Shown piece after piece: positions 1 to 12,700 of a stretch of 64,000 nucleotides of DNA. Location: assembly GCF_026571515.1 (NCBI RefSeq), contig NW_026861555.1:124001-188000 (forward strand), written 5' to 3'. Each line of letters begins with the position of its first letter. The first letter of the stretch is position 1. The translations under genes were made by a program, and so were the position numbers. This DNA comes from Ruditapes philippinarum (taxonomy: Eukaryota). The notes under the pieces were generated by a model. The model saw only the letters and a program-made list of their open reading frames with translations. It did no database searches and had not been told where the DNA came from.

Positions 1-7
1 TGTATAC

Positions 8-778
8 CTTTCGCTTGAACATGGTACTAATCTGCAAAGAGGAAAACAAAAACGTATTGCATTAAACGTTTTTTATAAATCGGCATATCTTAATTTCTCT
101 TTGATTCGTACGTATGTTAGTAACTATTATTTCTCTACATTTACAAAATTCGGTTCTAAGATTCATTAATGTACTCTAAAAAAATAAAGATATTCTTTAA
201 AGTTTGTTATACCCGATAATTCACACAATGAAAGCAGATGTAAGGCTGCTTGTTTGTCATATTCGGTATTTACATGATTGAAGCAGAAGCATAATTGATT
301 GTGTTAGATTGTAATACTTACGAAGCCTCTATAACTTGAGCTTGGTTCTGTAGAATAACAAATTATATTCCATATATTAATAAGGTTCATATTGTTTGGC
401 ATAATATTTTTCCGGAATCACTTTGTTAGTTTCCGTTAGTGACCGTGATTTCTTCAAAATATACTCAATCTTAATACTCAATTTTTAAAGAACAATTTTT
501 GAAGTCAATAGTATATTGCTTGGTTATTTCAAGAAAACATCGATAACTTTAAAGCAGCATGCCTCCAGATTCAAACCAATGTCATGAAAATTTTAAAAGT
601 ATTTAAAAATAAAATATTGTGAAATGAACAAAGAAAGTATCTTAGACATTGTAAACTGCACTTGCTATCATGTTGATTACCAAAAAGACTTTCAGAATTC
701 AGTGTATTTTTTGTACTAGACTAATATAAACTCACCTTAGAAATGTCCTTGATGTCTATTGGTATTTCGTATACGGTT
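8..778 (-). CDS. Mucin gene C-terminal small exons (736-778, 322-347, 8-31)
   Basis: 43-, 26- and 24-nt exons with AG/GT boundaries; phases 2-0, 0-2, 2-2 join to TVYEIPIDIKDISK-NQAQVIEAS-LVPCSSE with no stops. Confidence 0.75.
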
Positions 779-3700
779 CTGAAATATTCAATAATGCATT
801 TAAGAACGCAACAATGTTATTTTAAAATTAAACTCTTAACACATTTGAGCCGCGGCACGACAAAACCAACATAGTGCGTTTGCGACCAGCATGGATCCAA
901 ACAAGCATGCGCCTCCGCGCAGTCTGATCAGGATCCATGCTGTTTGCTATCAGTTTCTCTACTTGTTATAGGGTTTGTAAGCGAACAGCATGGATCCTGA
1001 TTAGACTGTGCGTATACGCAGGCTGGTCTGGATCCATGCTGGTCGCAAATGCATTATGTACATGGCATTTAAAACAGGTGGTCTTTATTTTGAAGAATAT
1101 CTAACTTTCTTCTATTTAATCAATGAAGGTTTGGTTTAAACATATTTATTTTTTCATCATGTTACAATATTCACATCAAACACAAAATTTATACAAAATC
1201 ATGATAAATTGGATTGAACTGGAAGATGATTTAATAAATTGTTACATCCAAGATAAAATATATTAACATTATTATTATTAGGAAAATAAGACAAAATTAG
1301 AACAAAACAATCGAAAAAAAAATAGAAAGAAAAACATAAAGAAGTGTAAAGAAGTTTAAATTAGGAATGAAATTCGAGTAAAGAAGAAAATATGAGAAAA
1401 TTTAAAGATATAAAGAAGTGTGAAGCTATAGAATTGGGCGAACTGCAGAATGACACATTCATAAAGATGATGGACCTTTTCAGATCAGTCAAAACGTTTA
1501 GACTTTTCAATATAAGTGTGAACAGCTTTGAATATACTTTCATTCTCTCCAACTGATAAAGATGTGTTTCCTGAAATAATGGTTTTAAGAGAAACAATAC
1601 AATAAGTATTGATAACATTTATCAAGGAAGGTCTGATATTATCATACTGCCTACAATGCAAGAAGAAGTGAGAGGCTGTTTCGCGTAATCCACAGGTACA
1701 AAGAGGTGATGGGATGATATTTTTGGAAAATAGGTCATCTGCAAGTAAGCTACAATTTGTACGAATACGGGCGTGAATAATTTGATTTTTACGTTTTCCA
1801 AAGTAGAAATATTGCGGTACAGTTTTTGTTTGTTTAAACAATTCTTTCTTAAAAGTTGAAACTGTTGCTGCATTTCTAAGAGATAAAGGAAGTTCATTAA
1901 AGGCTCTAGTTGTTGCAGGGAGAAATGAGTCATAGGACAGCGATGTTCTAGCTCTTGGTGTTCTACGATCTTCACGGTTACGGAGGAGATAATTTTCGTT
2001 ATCAACTAATGGCGGACATAAATCTGAAAGATAAGATGGCGTTAGGTTGGACTTCATTTTGTAGAAAAGGAGTAGCTTATGTTTCTGACGTCTGGATTCT
2101 AAAGTGTCCCAACCAACTTCATCAAGAAGCTTTTGCAAAGAGACTAGTTTAGTTGCACCTGTAACAATACGGGCAGCCTCATACTGGACATTTTCAAGTG
2201 CGGTTTTTTGCTCGAGTGTACAATTGTCAAAAACTATATCACCATATTCTAATATTGGCCGAATAAATGAAATGTATATAGTTTGTAGCGATTGTCGGTC
2301 AAGAGTGAACTTAAGCTTCCGCATTATATTTATGCGCTGATAAGCTTTTCCAAGTACATAATCAATATGAGTATTCCATTTCAAATTATTTGCAAAAATA
2401 AGACCTAAATGTTTGTGGCTAGATACCTCCTGAATTTCAACATTGTTCATAAATACGTGAGGATGATTTGGGGTGTTTGGTTTACGAGAAATGATTAGAG
2501 ATTCTGTTTTCTTAGGGTTGAATTTCACTAGCCACTTTGAGGCCCATCTTGATATTGTTTGTAAGTCAGCGTTCAAAGTTTCGGCAGCACTTACTGGATC
2601 TTCGACTGTAATGTAAAGACTGGTATCATCAGCGAACAGGCGTATATTAGCTCTTATGTCGGCAACAATATCATTGATAAAAATGAGAAAAAGAAGGGGG
2701 CCCAAGATGGACCCTTGAGGTACACCTGCTCTGATATAATTCCACCTTGATGTTGCACCTGGAACAACAACCCTTTGTTTTCTGTTCGACAGATAAGAGG
2801 AGAACCAACCTATAAGATTTCCTTTAATACCAAAACTTTTCAATTTATGTAAGAGGCCTTTATGCCAAACCCTATCAAAAGCTTTGCTGATGTCGCAAAA
2901 TACTGCTCGGACCTCTTTTCCAGAGTCAATTGCCTCAGTAAAGAAATTATACAAGAAAGTAAGCTGATTTACGGTTGAATCGCCGGGGACAAAACCTGAC
3001 TGAAAAGGTGTTAAAAGGTTATGTGATAGAATATGGTTATAAATGTATTTAAAAACAATTCTTTCAAAGACCTTCCCTGTTGTACATAAAAGAGATACAG
3101 GACGGTAATTCCCAGGTAAAGATCGATCTCCGGATTTGAAAATTGGAGTGACATTGGCTTCTTTCCACGCTTGAGGATATCTAGATGTGCGAAGAGACTG
3201 ATTGAATAGATCTGAAAAAGGAATAGACAATTCTTTGGAAAGTTCTTTTAGAACCCTGTTGTTAATTCCATCAGGGCCCGATGCTTTACCTAAAGTAAGC
3301 GTTTGTAGTATTGACTCTACTTCGGTTGCTGACGTAACAATTGAATCTAATTTATGAGGGGAAAGCTCTTCTTCTTCAATAATCTGTGTAGGGTTTACAT
3401 CTAAAATGGTTTGATCACGGAAATAATTGTTAAGAATATCAGCTTTACACTGTTCATCTTCAAATAGATCGTCACCGTCTTGCAACGGCGGTATTGTTGA
3501 AGAGCCATTTGATGGTTTTATAAAAGATTTTAGACAAGACCACCAAGACATAGTTGACCTAGATGTAGTTTGAAGGTTTGCAGCAAGTTTTTGGATGTGA
3601 TCATCTTTAGCCTTTCTTATATCTGAAATTAATTGATTACGCAGAGATCTAAATTTTGTCCAGTCAGCTGCATTGTTTGTTCGTTTCGCTTTTCTGTATG

Positions 3701-6700
3701 CTCTGCGTCTACGTCGTATTTGGAATTTTAAGTATGATGTTATCCATGGAGGGTCACTTGGACGAACTGTTATTTGTTTATTTGGAATACAAGATTTCGA
3801 ACATTTTAAAATGACATCAGAAATATTATTGGCATATGTATCAATGTTTGTGTCTTTCAGTTCTTCCCAGTTGACAGCTGCAACTTTCTCTCTAAGGAGC
3901 TGATAATTACCTTTGTCAAAAAGCCAGATATGTCGTTTAAAAGACGCCATCTTAGGTTTCTTAAGAGTAAGAAAACCATATACAGGGCAATGATAACGTA
4001 TTGTTTGATCAAAACAAGGGTCACTTACTCCTGAGTAAATAATGAGAGAAGGATTTGATGTAAGTATAAGATCAATGAGAGAAGATGAATGTTCTGTAAA
4101 GTGAGTTGGGTCTTGTATGCATTGAGAAAGAGAGAATTGTTGACACAAGGTTTTTATTTTTGTTGCTAAGACTGGATTCAGCATGTTTATATTGAAATCA
4201 CCAGTTATGATGATATCCTTAATGCCTGTATCCACTGCAAGATGTATCGAGTCCTCAATACAATTGTGTGTGTAAGCTGTTGTGTTCGGATGTCTGTAGA
4301 ATACTCCAAAAAGTATGTGTCTCGTAGCAGTAACAAGTTCAATCCAGATAGACTCGACACCAGGGATTTCTAGATCATGTCGACGCTTGTAGTGAATATT
4401 ATGTTTTACATATAAGAGTACACCACCATGGCTGTCACCAGGTCTGTCTCTTCTTTCTGGAACTTGAAAGGAATTAAGCGAGAGAGTTGAGGAATCAATT
4501 GAATCGTTCAGCCAGGTTTCAGAAAACGAAAGAATATCAAAGTCTTTGAATTCAGCAAATATGTTGTCAAGTTTGTTTTTTATACTTTGTACATTGTAAT
4601 GCATAAATGACAGGTACATAGATAAATCTATTGTGTCTGTTGAGGATATGGAAGAGGTAGAACTTGACCTTGTTGACACTGGTCCTGGGTTTGGATGAAC
4701 ATCTCCAGATAAACTGACTAATAAAATTAGAAAAACAAGCAGTCTTGTTGTAGGAAAGAAAACCGTATATATGACGAAGTAGGAAAACAACACATTTGAC
4801 ATTTGTTTATCAGATAACGGACATCTACGCTTGCTGTATGTATGCCTGTAAGGCACCGTATCGATGGAATCCCAGATAAATTTCAGCAATGAAACCAAAG
4901 AGAGTATAGAAAAAAAACAAATAAACGAAAACCATCACCGATAAAGTCAAACGCCATCTAGATCTGAGTCTGAAAACCTTCATGACGACGGGCTTTGTTT
5001 CATTTACTATCATTATGTTATTCCTTGCTCACCTAATAAATGTCTTAAGACGGTCGTCAAGAAGTAAAGATCCATAATCAGAAATAATTCAGTATGACAG
5101 TCGCAGTACGCTCCAATTGAATGAAAAGATAGAACTAGAAAACAGACAGAACAAAAAGAGAAAAGAATAAGCATAAGTTGCATGATTATAACATAGTGGA
5201 AGATGTGGAATAGGACAACATATGGTTCTTTGTTATATTATTACAAATCATATGAGACGACGAAGCAACTTTTACTACACGTTTTACTAATTTCTAACCA
5301 AGGTTTCAGAAATAGTGTGTGTACTTGAATTAATATTGGAAAAAAATCCAAAGACACCAAAAAAATTGAGCTTGTAAAAAGTTCTATGGAAAAAGACAAT
5401 TTTAAGAAAAATAAAAAATAAACAATATTGAACCAATTTTAGACATTTCCAAACTTCGCTCCAACGTGCTAACTAAAATTCGTTTTAAACATATTGCAAA
5501 ATTATTATACATTCACAAACTGTTCAATATTCACTTTAAAATCAATATTCCGATTCAAATTTTTAACTGATATGTAATATACATGTGCTTTTAAATTTAC
5601 TGCAAATTTTCATTTTAATAACGTTTATTTATCTTAAGATCCACTACAGCGTAACAGTTAAAAAAATAATTCAGAAAAATATATCTAATAATACAATAAA
5701 ATATTTCCTATAAACATAAACTTGTTAAAGCTGTCGACTTATTAAACATATACATTGTACTAATACTTTAAATTTGAAGTATTTAATGAAGGTTTGACGA
5801 AGAGTGGTATTTATTAACAGGTTGATATTTATTCAGAAGTGGGTTTTAATTAAGGTTTGACTGTACAATTTCTTTAGAACTTTATCTATACTAAGACCAT
5901 ATCATTATAGTAGGGATTTGTATCAATAATTTAATTCAAGATTCATTATGTACACATAAATATACATACTCAGTTACCACTGTCGCTTCCACGACAGCAA
6001 CTTTTCCATCAGGCAACTGTAAAAAGCAAAAAATAAAAAGATAAAAAACACAAATACATGTATGTATAAACATACATAGCAAAATTCTTCATGTGTCAAC
6101 AATTTATCTTTTTAAAGTCTAGTAGAAATTAACCTAGTGGCTATATGCAAACTTAGTTGTTTTTTTTAAGAAAATGTCAAAATTATGGATTTAATTTAGC
6201 ACTTAACATATCTTAGGGTAGAGAGTTAAAGTTAAACTTCTTTATTAAGTACCTAAATTTAACTATGTTGTTGTTTTTTGTCACATATATCGAATGCAAT
6301 TATGAATTGTAATCACCTTTGAATTATATATATATATCATCATGAAATATATATCATCGTGAAATCAAAATATAGCAAGGGTACGCAACTTATTGAAGGA
6401 AAATACTGCAAAGATCATTAGTAAAAATTATAAAGATACATTATTATGATAATAATTACTAAAATTACAATCATTTATCAATTTGCAACAAAATTGTCGC
6501 CTTTGGTTAAAGAAACTTAAAATTTGTAATCTCATTAAAACTAACCTTTCTTATTGGTACAACAATGTCATTTGTCAGTTGAATTTCGTTTATTATCCTG
6601 AAAAATGAATAACTGGTGTTAGTTTTTTTAAGTTATGATATTATTATTGTATTGGATAATATCAAAAATTAAATACAAAAAAAAATCTTCTCAGTATTTG

Positions 6701-9700
6701 CTCTAAAAAGTAAAATAAAAACGGAAGCATATGAACGGAATCTTTTTTATACTTTTTTCACGACAAAAAAGGAACGAAATCGAAATTTACGTAGAGAATG
6801 TTCGTGTTTTTCTCTTTAAATACATGTTTTTTTTTTCATTGAGTGGTATGAAAATAAATATTTCATGAATTGCGGTAGCCACGAGTGAAATATGATAATT
6901 TTCCTGCCACAAGATGAAAACAAATCATGTATTTATAGAAAAAACTTGAAAATTCTGTTTATTATATAAATTAGTCTTTTATTTGTCATTACAATTTGAA
7001 AGATTTTCCATAAATTCTGTGTACTGGCAGAATTTAAAAGAAAGTAGACCAGCAAGACACCAGCAAAATACGGAAAAAGTGTTTCACTGCAGTGAAAAAT
7101 AAATTTTGACAGTGAAAATACGAAAAATGAAAATACGCATTTTATTACATCAATTTATCATTTATAATTATATAATAAAAATAAATATTTCAGTAACATA
7201 AACATACTCTCTTTTAACAAAAAGAAACATGTCTTATATTTTGCCCGTTTTAGTAATAATTGTCAATAATCTAAAATTATATTGAAAACATAAAATGTTT
7301 GCAGTTTTAACTTAATAAAAACATTTACGTACTGTGCCAAGATAACAAGATGTCCATGTCTACGTTTTTCGCAGCAACATGTATCTGTGGTTGTTGTTGG
7401 AACAGAGCTTGTTGTAAAGGATGTCGTTGTTGTAGTTAAAGTAGTAGTAATTGTAGACGTAGATGATGTTGTTGTCGGTGTTGTTGTTAAAGTAGTAGAA
7501 GATGTTGTTGAAGTAGTTGAAGATGAAGTTGACGTTGTAGTTGATGAGGTAGAAGAAGATGTTACTGATGTAGTTGAAGATGTAGTTGACGTCGAAGTTG
7601 TTGAGGTAGAAGATGTAGTTGAAGTAGTTGAAGATGTTGTTGACGTCGAAGTTGTTGAGGAAGTAGAAGATGTTGTTGATGTAGTTGAAGATGTTGTTGA
7701 CGTCGAAGTTGTTGAGGAAGTAGAGGATGTTGTTGATGTAGTTGAAGATGTAGTTGACGTTGAAGTGGTTGAGGTAGAAGAAGATGTAGTTGAAGTAGTT
7801 GAAGATGTTGTTGACGTCGAAGTTGTTGAGGAAGTAGAGGATGTTGTTGATGTAGTTGAAGATGTAGTTGTCGTCGAAGTTGTTGAGGTAGAAGAAGATG
7901 TAGTTAAAGTAGTTGAAGATGTTGTTGACGTCGAAGTTGTTGAGGAAGTAGAGGATGTTGTTGATGTAGTTGAAGATGTAGTTGACGTTGAAGTTGTTGA
8001 AGTAGTAGAAGGTGTAGTTGACGTCAAAGTTGTTGAGGATGTGGTTGATGTTGTTGATGCAGTTGAAGATGTAGTTGACGTTGAAGTTGTTGAAGTAGTA
8101 GAAGATGTAGTTGAAGATGTTGTTGATGTCGAAGTTGTTGAGGAAGTAGATGATGTTGATGTAGTTGAAGATGTAGTTGACGTCGAAGTTGTTGAAGTAC
8201 TAGGTGATGTTGTTGAAGTAGTTAAAGATGAAGTTGACGTCGAAGTTGTTGAAGTGGTAGTAGGTGTTGTTGAAGTAGTCACAGATGTAGTTGACGTTAA
8301 AGTTGTTGACGTAGTAGAAGAAGTTGTTGAAGAAGTAGAAGATGTTGTTGATGTAGTTGAAGATGAAGTCGTTGATGTTTTAGCAGAGGTTGATGTGGTG
8401 GAGGATGAAGAAAGTGTTGAACTTGTTGATATAGTTGTGGTTGTAGTTATCTGGAATAAAGATTTAAGAAATTGGTATATACATTTTAGTTGCATGTTTA
8501 GAGTACTATTGAAAAGTTTATTTAGTTTTACGTATTTTCATTCTCTAATTCAAACTTTTATCATCAAAATGTATCATATTGTTTGCATATTGAAGTAATA
8601 ATAGAGACTAAACATTCATTACTACCTTTGATATTTAAAAAAAACTTTGAAAGAAAACACCGTTAAGTTCGTAAAAACGGAAATGGCATATTTACTAACA
8701 GAATCTTAAATATGAGTAAACTATTTTCATTTATATGCGCTTTTTTTTTATAATTTCCGAGAAATCATCTTTCATTTTATTTTGGCAATTAGCATACTTT
8801 CATTAAGATATTGTTCATTTTTCAAAATATATTGTTTTAAATATTTAATCAATGATACATGCGTTTTAAGTGGATAATGATAAAATTGTGGTGGTACAGA
8901 GCATATAAATTATCAAGAATTACAAAGTTAGACTATGAAATATCTTTTGTATATTCAACCTTTTCGAGGTAAGAGTATTTATAGGCATACAATGTATGTA
9001 TACATTGCACTTCCAGAAAATATTCTAACGGTGCATTTTAAGAAGCATCAAAAAGCAAATAGAATCTAGCCGGAATAAACAATACAATGTTCTACCCTGT
9101 TAAAAATGCATAGTTAGCCTAATAAAGATCTGTTCATATAATTTTAGAATAACCTATATCAGTGTCAATTGTAAGTTTAAATCCTTTATTTGTCTGCGAT
9201 GTCATTCTTTTAAAAAACAATAAAAAGGAAATAAAACATTTTTCCCCAGACATTGCGGTTACATTAACTTTAAGAAGTATTATTTCATAGGACACTAAAA
9301 CCCATCGAAATCATGCATAGATCTGTAGAAAAGTTTAATTTACAAATCATAATTATAAGTTGTGACAAGTTATGTCGTTGAAAACGTTTTCATATGAAAC
9401 CGCAACATATTCAGGGACTTTGATTAAAAATGTTTACATTCAATAAAGTTAATCCAGCCACATAACAAATAAGAAAATCACTAATGAAATTATATCAACC
9501 AAAAACAAATTACCTGTATAATAGATAGAGAAGCAGAAGACAACGAAGCTGGAAAGAATGATGATCCTGTGACTGGAAACATTGTTGAGGATATAAACAT
9601 TGTACTTTGTTTCGGTTTAGTAGTTGTTGTTGTCTCGGGAGCTGATGTAGTTGAGCTAGATGTTCTTTTAGATGTCGAAGAGCCTGAAGTTGGTTTGGTT

Positions 9701-12700
9701 GATGTAAACGTACTTGGTGATGTGATGCGGGAACTCCGCCTCGTCGTGATAACGGGCAATGTAGGTGTTGTGAAGTCAGTTGAATAAAATCTTGATGTAA
9801 CAGGAACTATATCAGTTGTTAAAGTTGAATAAAAGGATGTGGTTGTCTGAAAAAATAAATTGTAAAATTCAATAAAAGCGTTAAAATCTCTCCAATATAT
9901 TTTTTTTAAAAGGTAAAATAAATTTAAATAGTGACAAAAAGTCTTTATAAATACTATGTTTTCCTTATTTTTTAGTTTACAATCATACAACCCTTTTCAA
10001 AAACAATAGTAAGATAAAAAGGTAGATCTTCCTCTATGCCTTTAGGCCAATCTCAAATGCAAATTCTGTCGTAACTTTACGTTGATGTCATAAGTGATTT
10101 TATTATTCAGTAGCTTTGTAGAGTAGCTTTGTGAAAATGACTGAATGTTTGACCTACGATTACCAAAATTCAAAAACTTAAGATAACGTTTTTTAAAGAT
10201 ATTTTGTGAAAATGGCTGCTGATTTAGAGTTTTAGTTAAAAGAAAAAAATCATAATTTAATATTTATTATAAACAATTCTTTTAAATTTCGTTAAAACTT
10301 GCATTACATACACCAGCAACGTTAAACTAATATTCGCTTAACATTTAGGAAAATTTCAGAAGATGCACTTGAATAGTCTGCATATGCTCTATAACATAAT
10401 TTTACTTCACTTCATTCTGCGGTCCTAATGTCACTGTTATTATAAATGTAACAACATTAAAAAACATTTGAATAGGAGATAAATGGGGAACAAATTCAAA
10501 TTATAGTTAAAACATATGCATTCAAACTTATTTTTCATAAAAAATAATAATAAAAATATAATTTTAATAACACTGCTTCTGCTCATGGTTGAGATAAAAT
10601 GACATACATACCCGTATTGGTGATAGACTTGCAGTTTCCGGTCTTGGAGCCATCGATGTAGCAGTGGAAACTTAAAAAGATTTAAAATTATTGATGCATT
10701 TGATAAAGAGACTTTAAAGAAAGCCAAAATACGTCTGCAAAATATATTAGATTCAATTACCGCTTATACATTAACATAAAATAACTGAGATTTTATTTAT
10801 CATACATTTAGGCATTTATAAATATTTTCTCGAACGTTTCACAAGATATATTTTAAAAGAAATATTATCATTTATGAATGACTATAACTTACATGTAGAA
10901 ATTAGCGTTGGTTCAATTGTTGATGTGAATGGTTCTCCAGTTACTGTTTCAATGGCGGTTATTGTTTGAGATGAAGTAACAGTTGAGCTACTTTTTGATG
11001 TTTCTGGTGTCTCTTTTGAAGTTGCTTGTGAGATAGTAGTTGAAGATAAAGTTGACAAAAATTTTGTAGGTTCTGTTGATGCAATAATTGTAGTAAACTT
11101 CGATGTACTAAAGACAGTAGGTTTAAACGTACTTGTAACAGTTGCAGACGTGGTTGTTGTTTTATCTTCGGTACTACTTTTATCGGTTATAAAAGATGTG
11201 TACTTAACTGAAGTTTTTTCAAAAGTAGAAAATGTTGTTGATAGAATACTTTGTGTACCATTTTCCGTTGTAGATACCTCTATTGGAGTGCTCCTTTTTG
11301 TAAATTTCATAGTAGTGCTTTCCGGACTGGTAAATATCGATGGTTTTGAACTGCCAGATACCGTTTTTGTAACAGCTGTCATTGTTGTTGTCACAGTGAA
11401 AGGAAGCTCTGTTAAAGTGGATCCTTCAATTGCTGTACTTATTTCAGGAGAACTAAGTTTAGTCGACCGTATCCTGCTTGATGTAGTTTCGATTACTGTG
11501 GTTGTTGTTGTGGATATCTCAGGTGTAAAAATCGATGTTACAACAGGGGTACTGAACACAGATGATTTAACACTACTCGTTTTTGTAATATTTGAAGTTG
11601 TCGCTGCTGTTGTTGTGGTTGTTTCAGCTACGACAGAAGTAGAATCAGTAAAGGTTGAAGTATATACGTTTATACTTGTTCTAGGGGAGCTTATGTCAGT
11701 TAGTTGTAACGTGCTTGATTTAGGTTCAAGTGTTGTTTTAACGGATATGTAATCAGAGGTTACATTCGTCGTTACGATAGGTGTGCTAAATTCAGTTGGG
11801 CTTAAACTGCTTGATTTAGATTTAAATGATGTCGTTGTCAAAATCGTTTTAGTAATAACACTCGATGTTACGATTGGTGTACTAAATACTGATGAAGTTG
11901 TACTACTAGCTTCTGTTTTAGTAAACTTCGTAGTACTTGTTTCACTACTATTAGTAGGAGGTTCGGTAATTAAGGAAGTATATAAATTTGTGATTAATTT
12001 AGATGTAAAATTCTCCGTAGTTCGTGAAGTACTTGATTTAGATTCAATTGTTGTTTTCACGGAAATAATATCAGTAGCAGGAGAACTGTATACCGATGGT
12101 TCAAAACTACTTGTTTCCGTTATGTTCACATTTGTTATTGTTGTTGTTGTTAGAGTTGTTTTAGCTTTAGGTTCAGTAGAAAAATATATGGTTCTGCTAA
12201 CTTCAAGTGGGCTAGTTTCAGTCGTTGGGAAAGAGCTAATATTAGACAGAATGGTAGTTTTTCCTATTGTCGATGTTAATTCTGTAAGGACTGTGAATTT
12301 ACTAATAGGACTACCTTTCATGAAAGGGCTGGATTCTGTCGAAGTGCTTGGTTTGGTTTCAAAACGAGTTGTCGTATTTGATGTCGGCTTTGCAGAAACA
12401 GTTTCTGTTGAACTGTATCTGATTGAACTTATTTCTGGTGAAATGCCTTCTGTTGGCGTCAATGTCCTTTTAGAAACTTTTGTGATTGTTACAGTTATAT
12501 CAGAAGTATATTCGGTTGTTTCAAATTTATTAGTTGAAGGTTCAGCAGAAATCGACGAATATATGTTTGTACTTACTTTATGTAAGGTAGTGTCAGTTGG
12601 TCTTATAGTACTTGATTTAGATTCCATGGTTGTTCTTATGGATATATTTTTAGAGGTTACAATTGACGTTACTATAGGTGTACTAAATATTGATGGTACA

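Noticed and set aside
7387-8598. V/D/E-rich plus-strand ORF (also 11150-13189 and 19364-20902)
   Set aside because: Antisense shadows. That frame stays open because PTS exons rarely contain codons starting with CA or TA.
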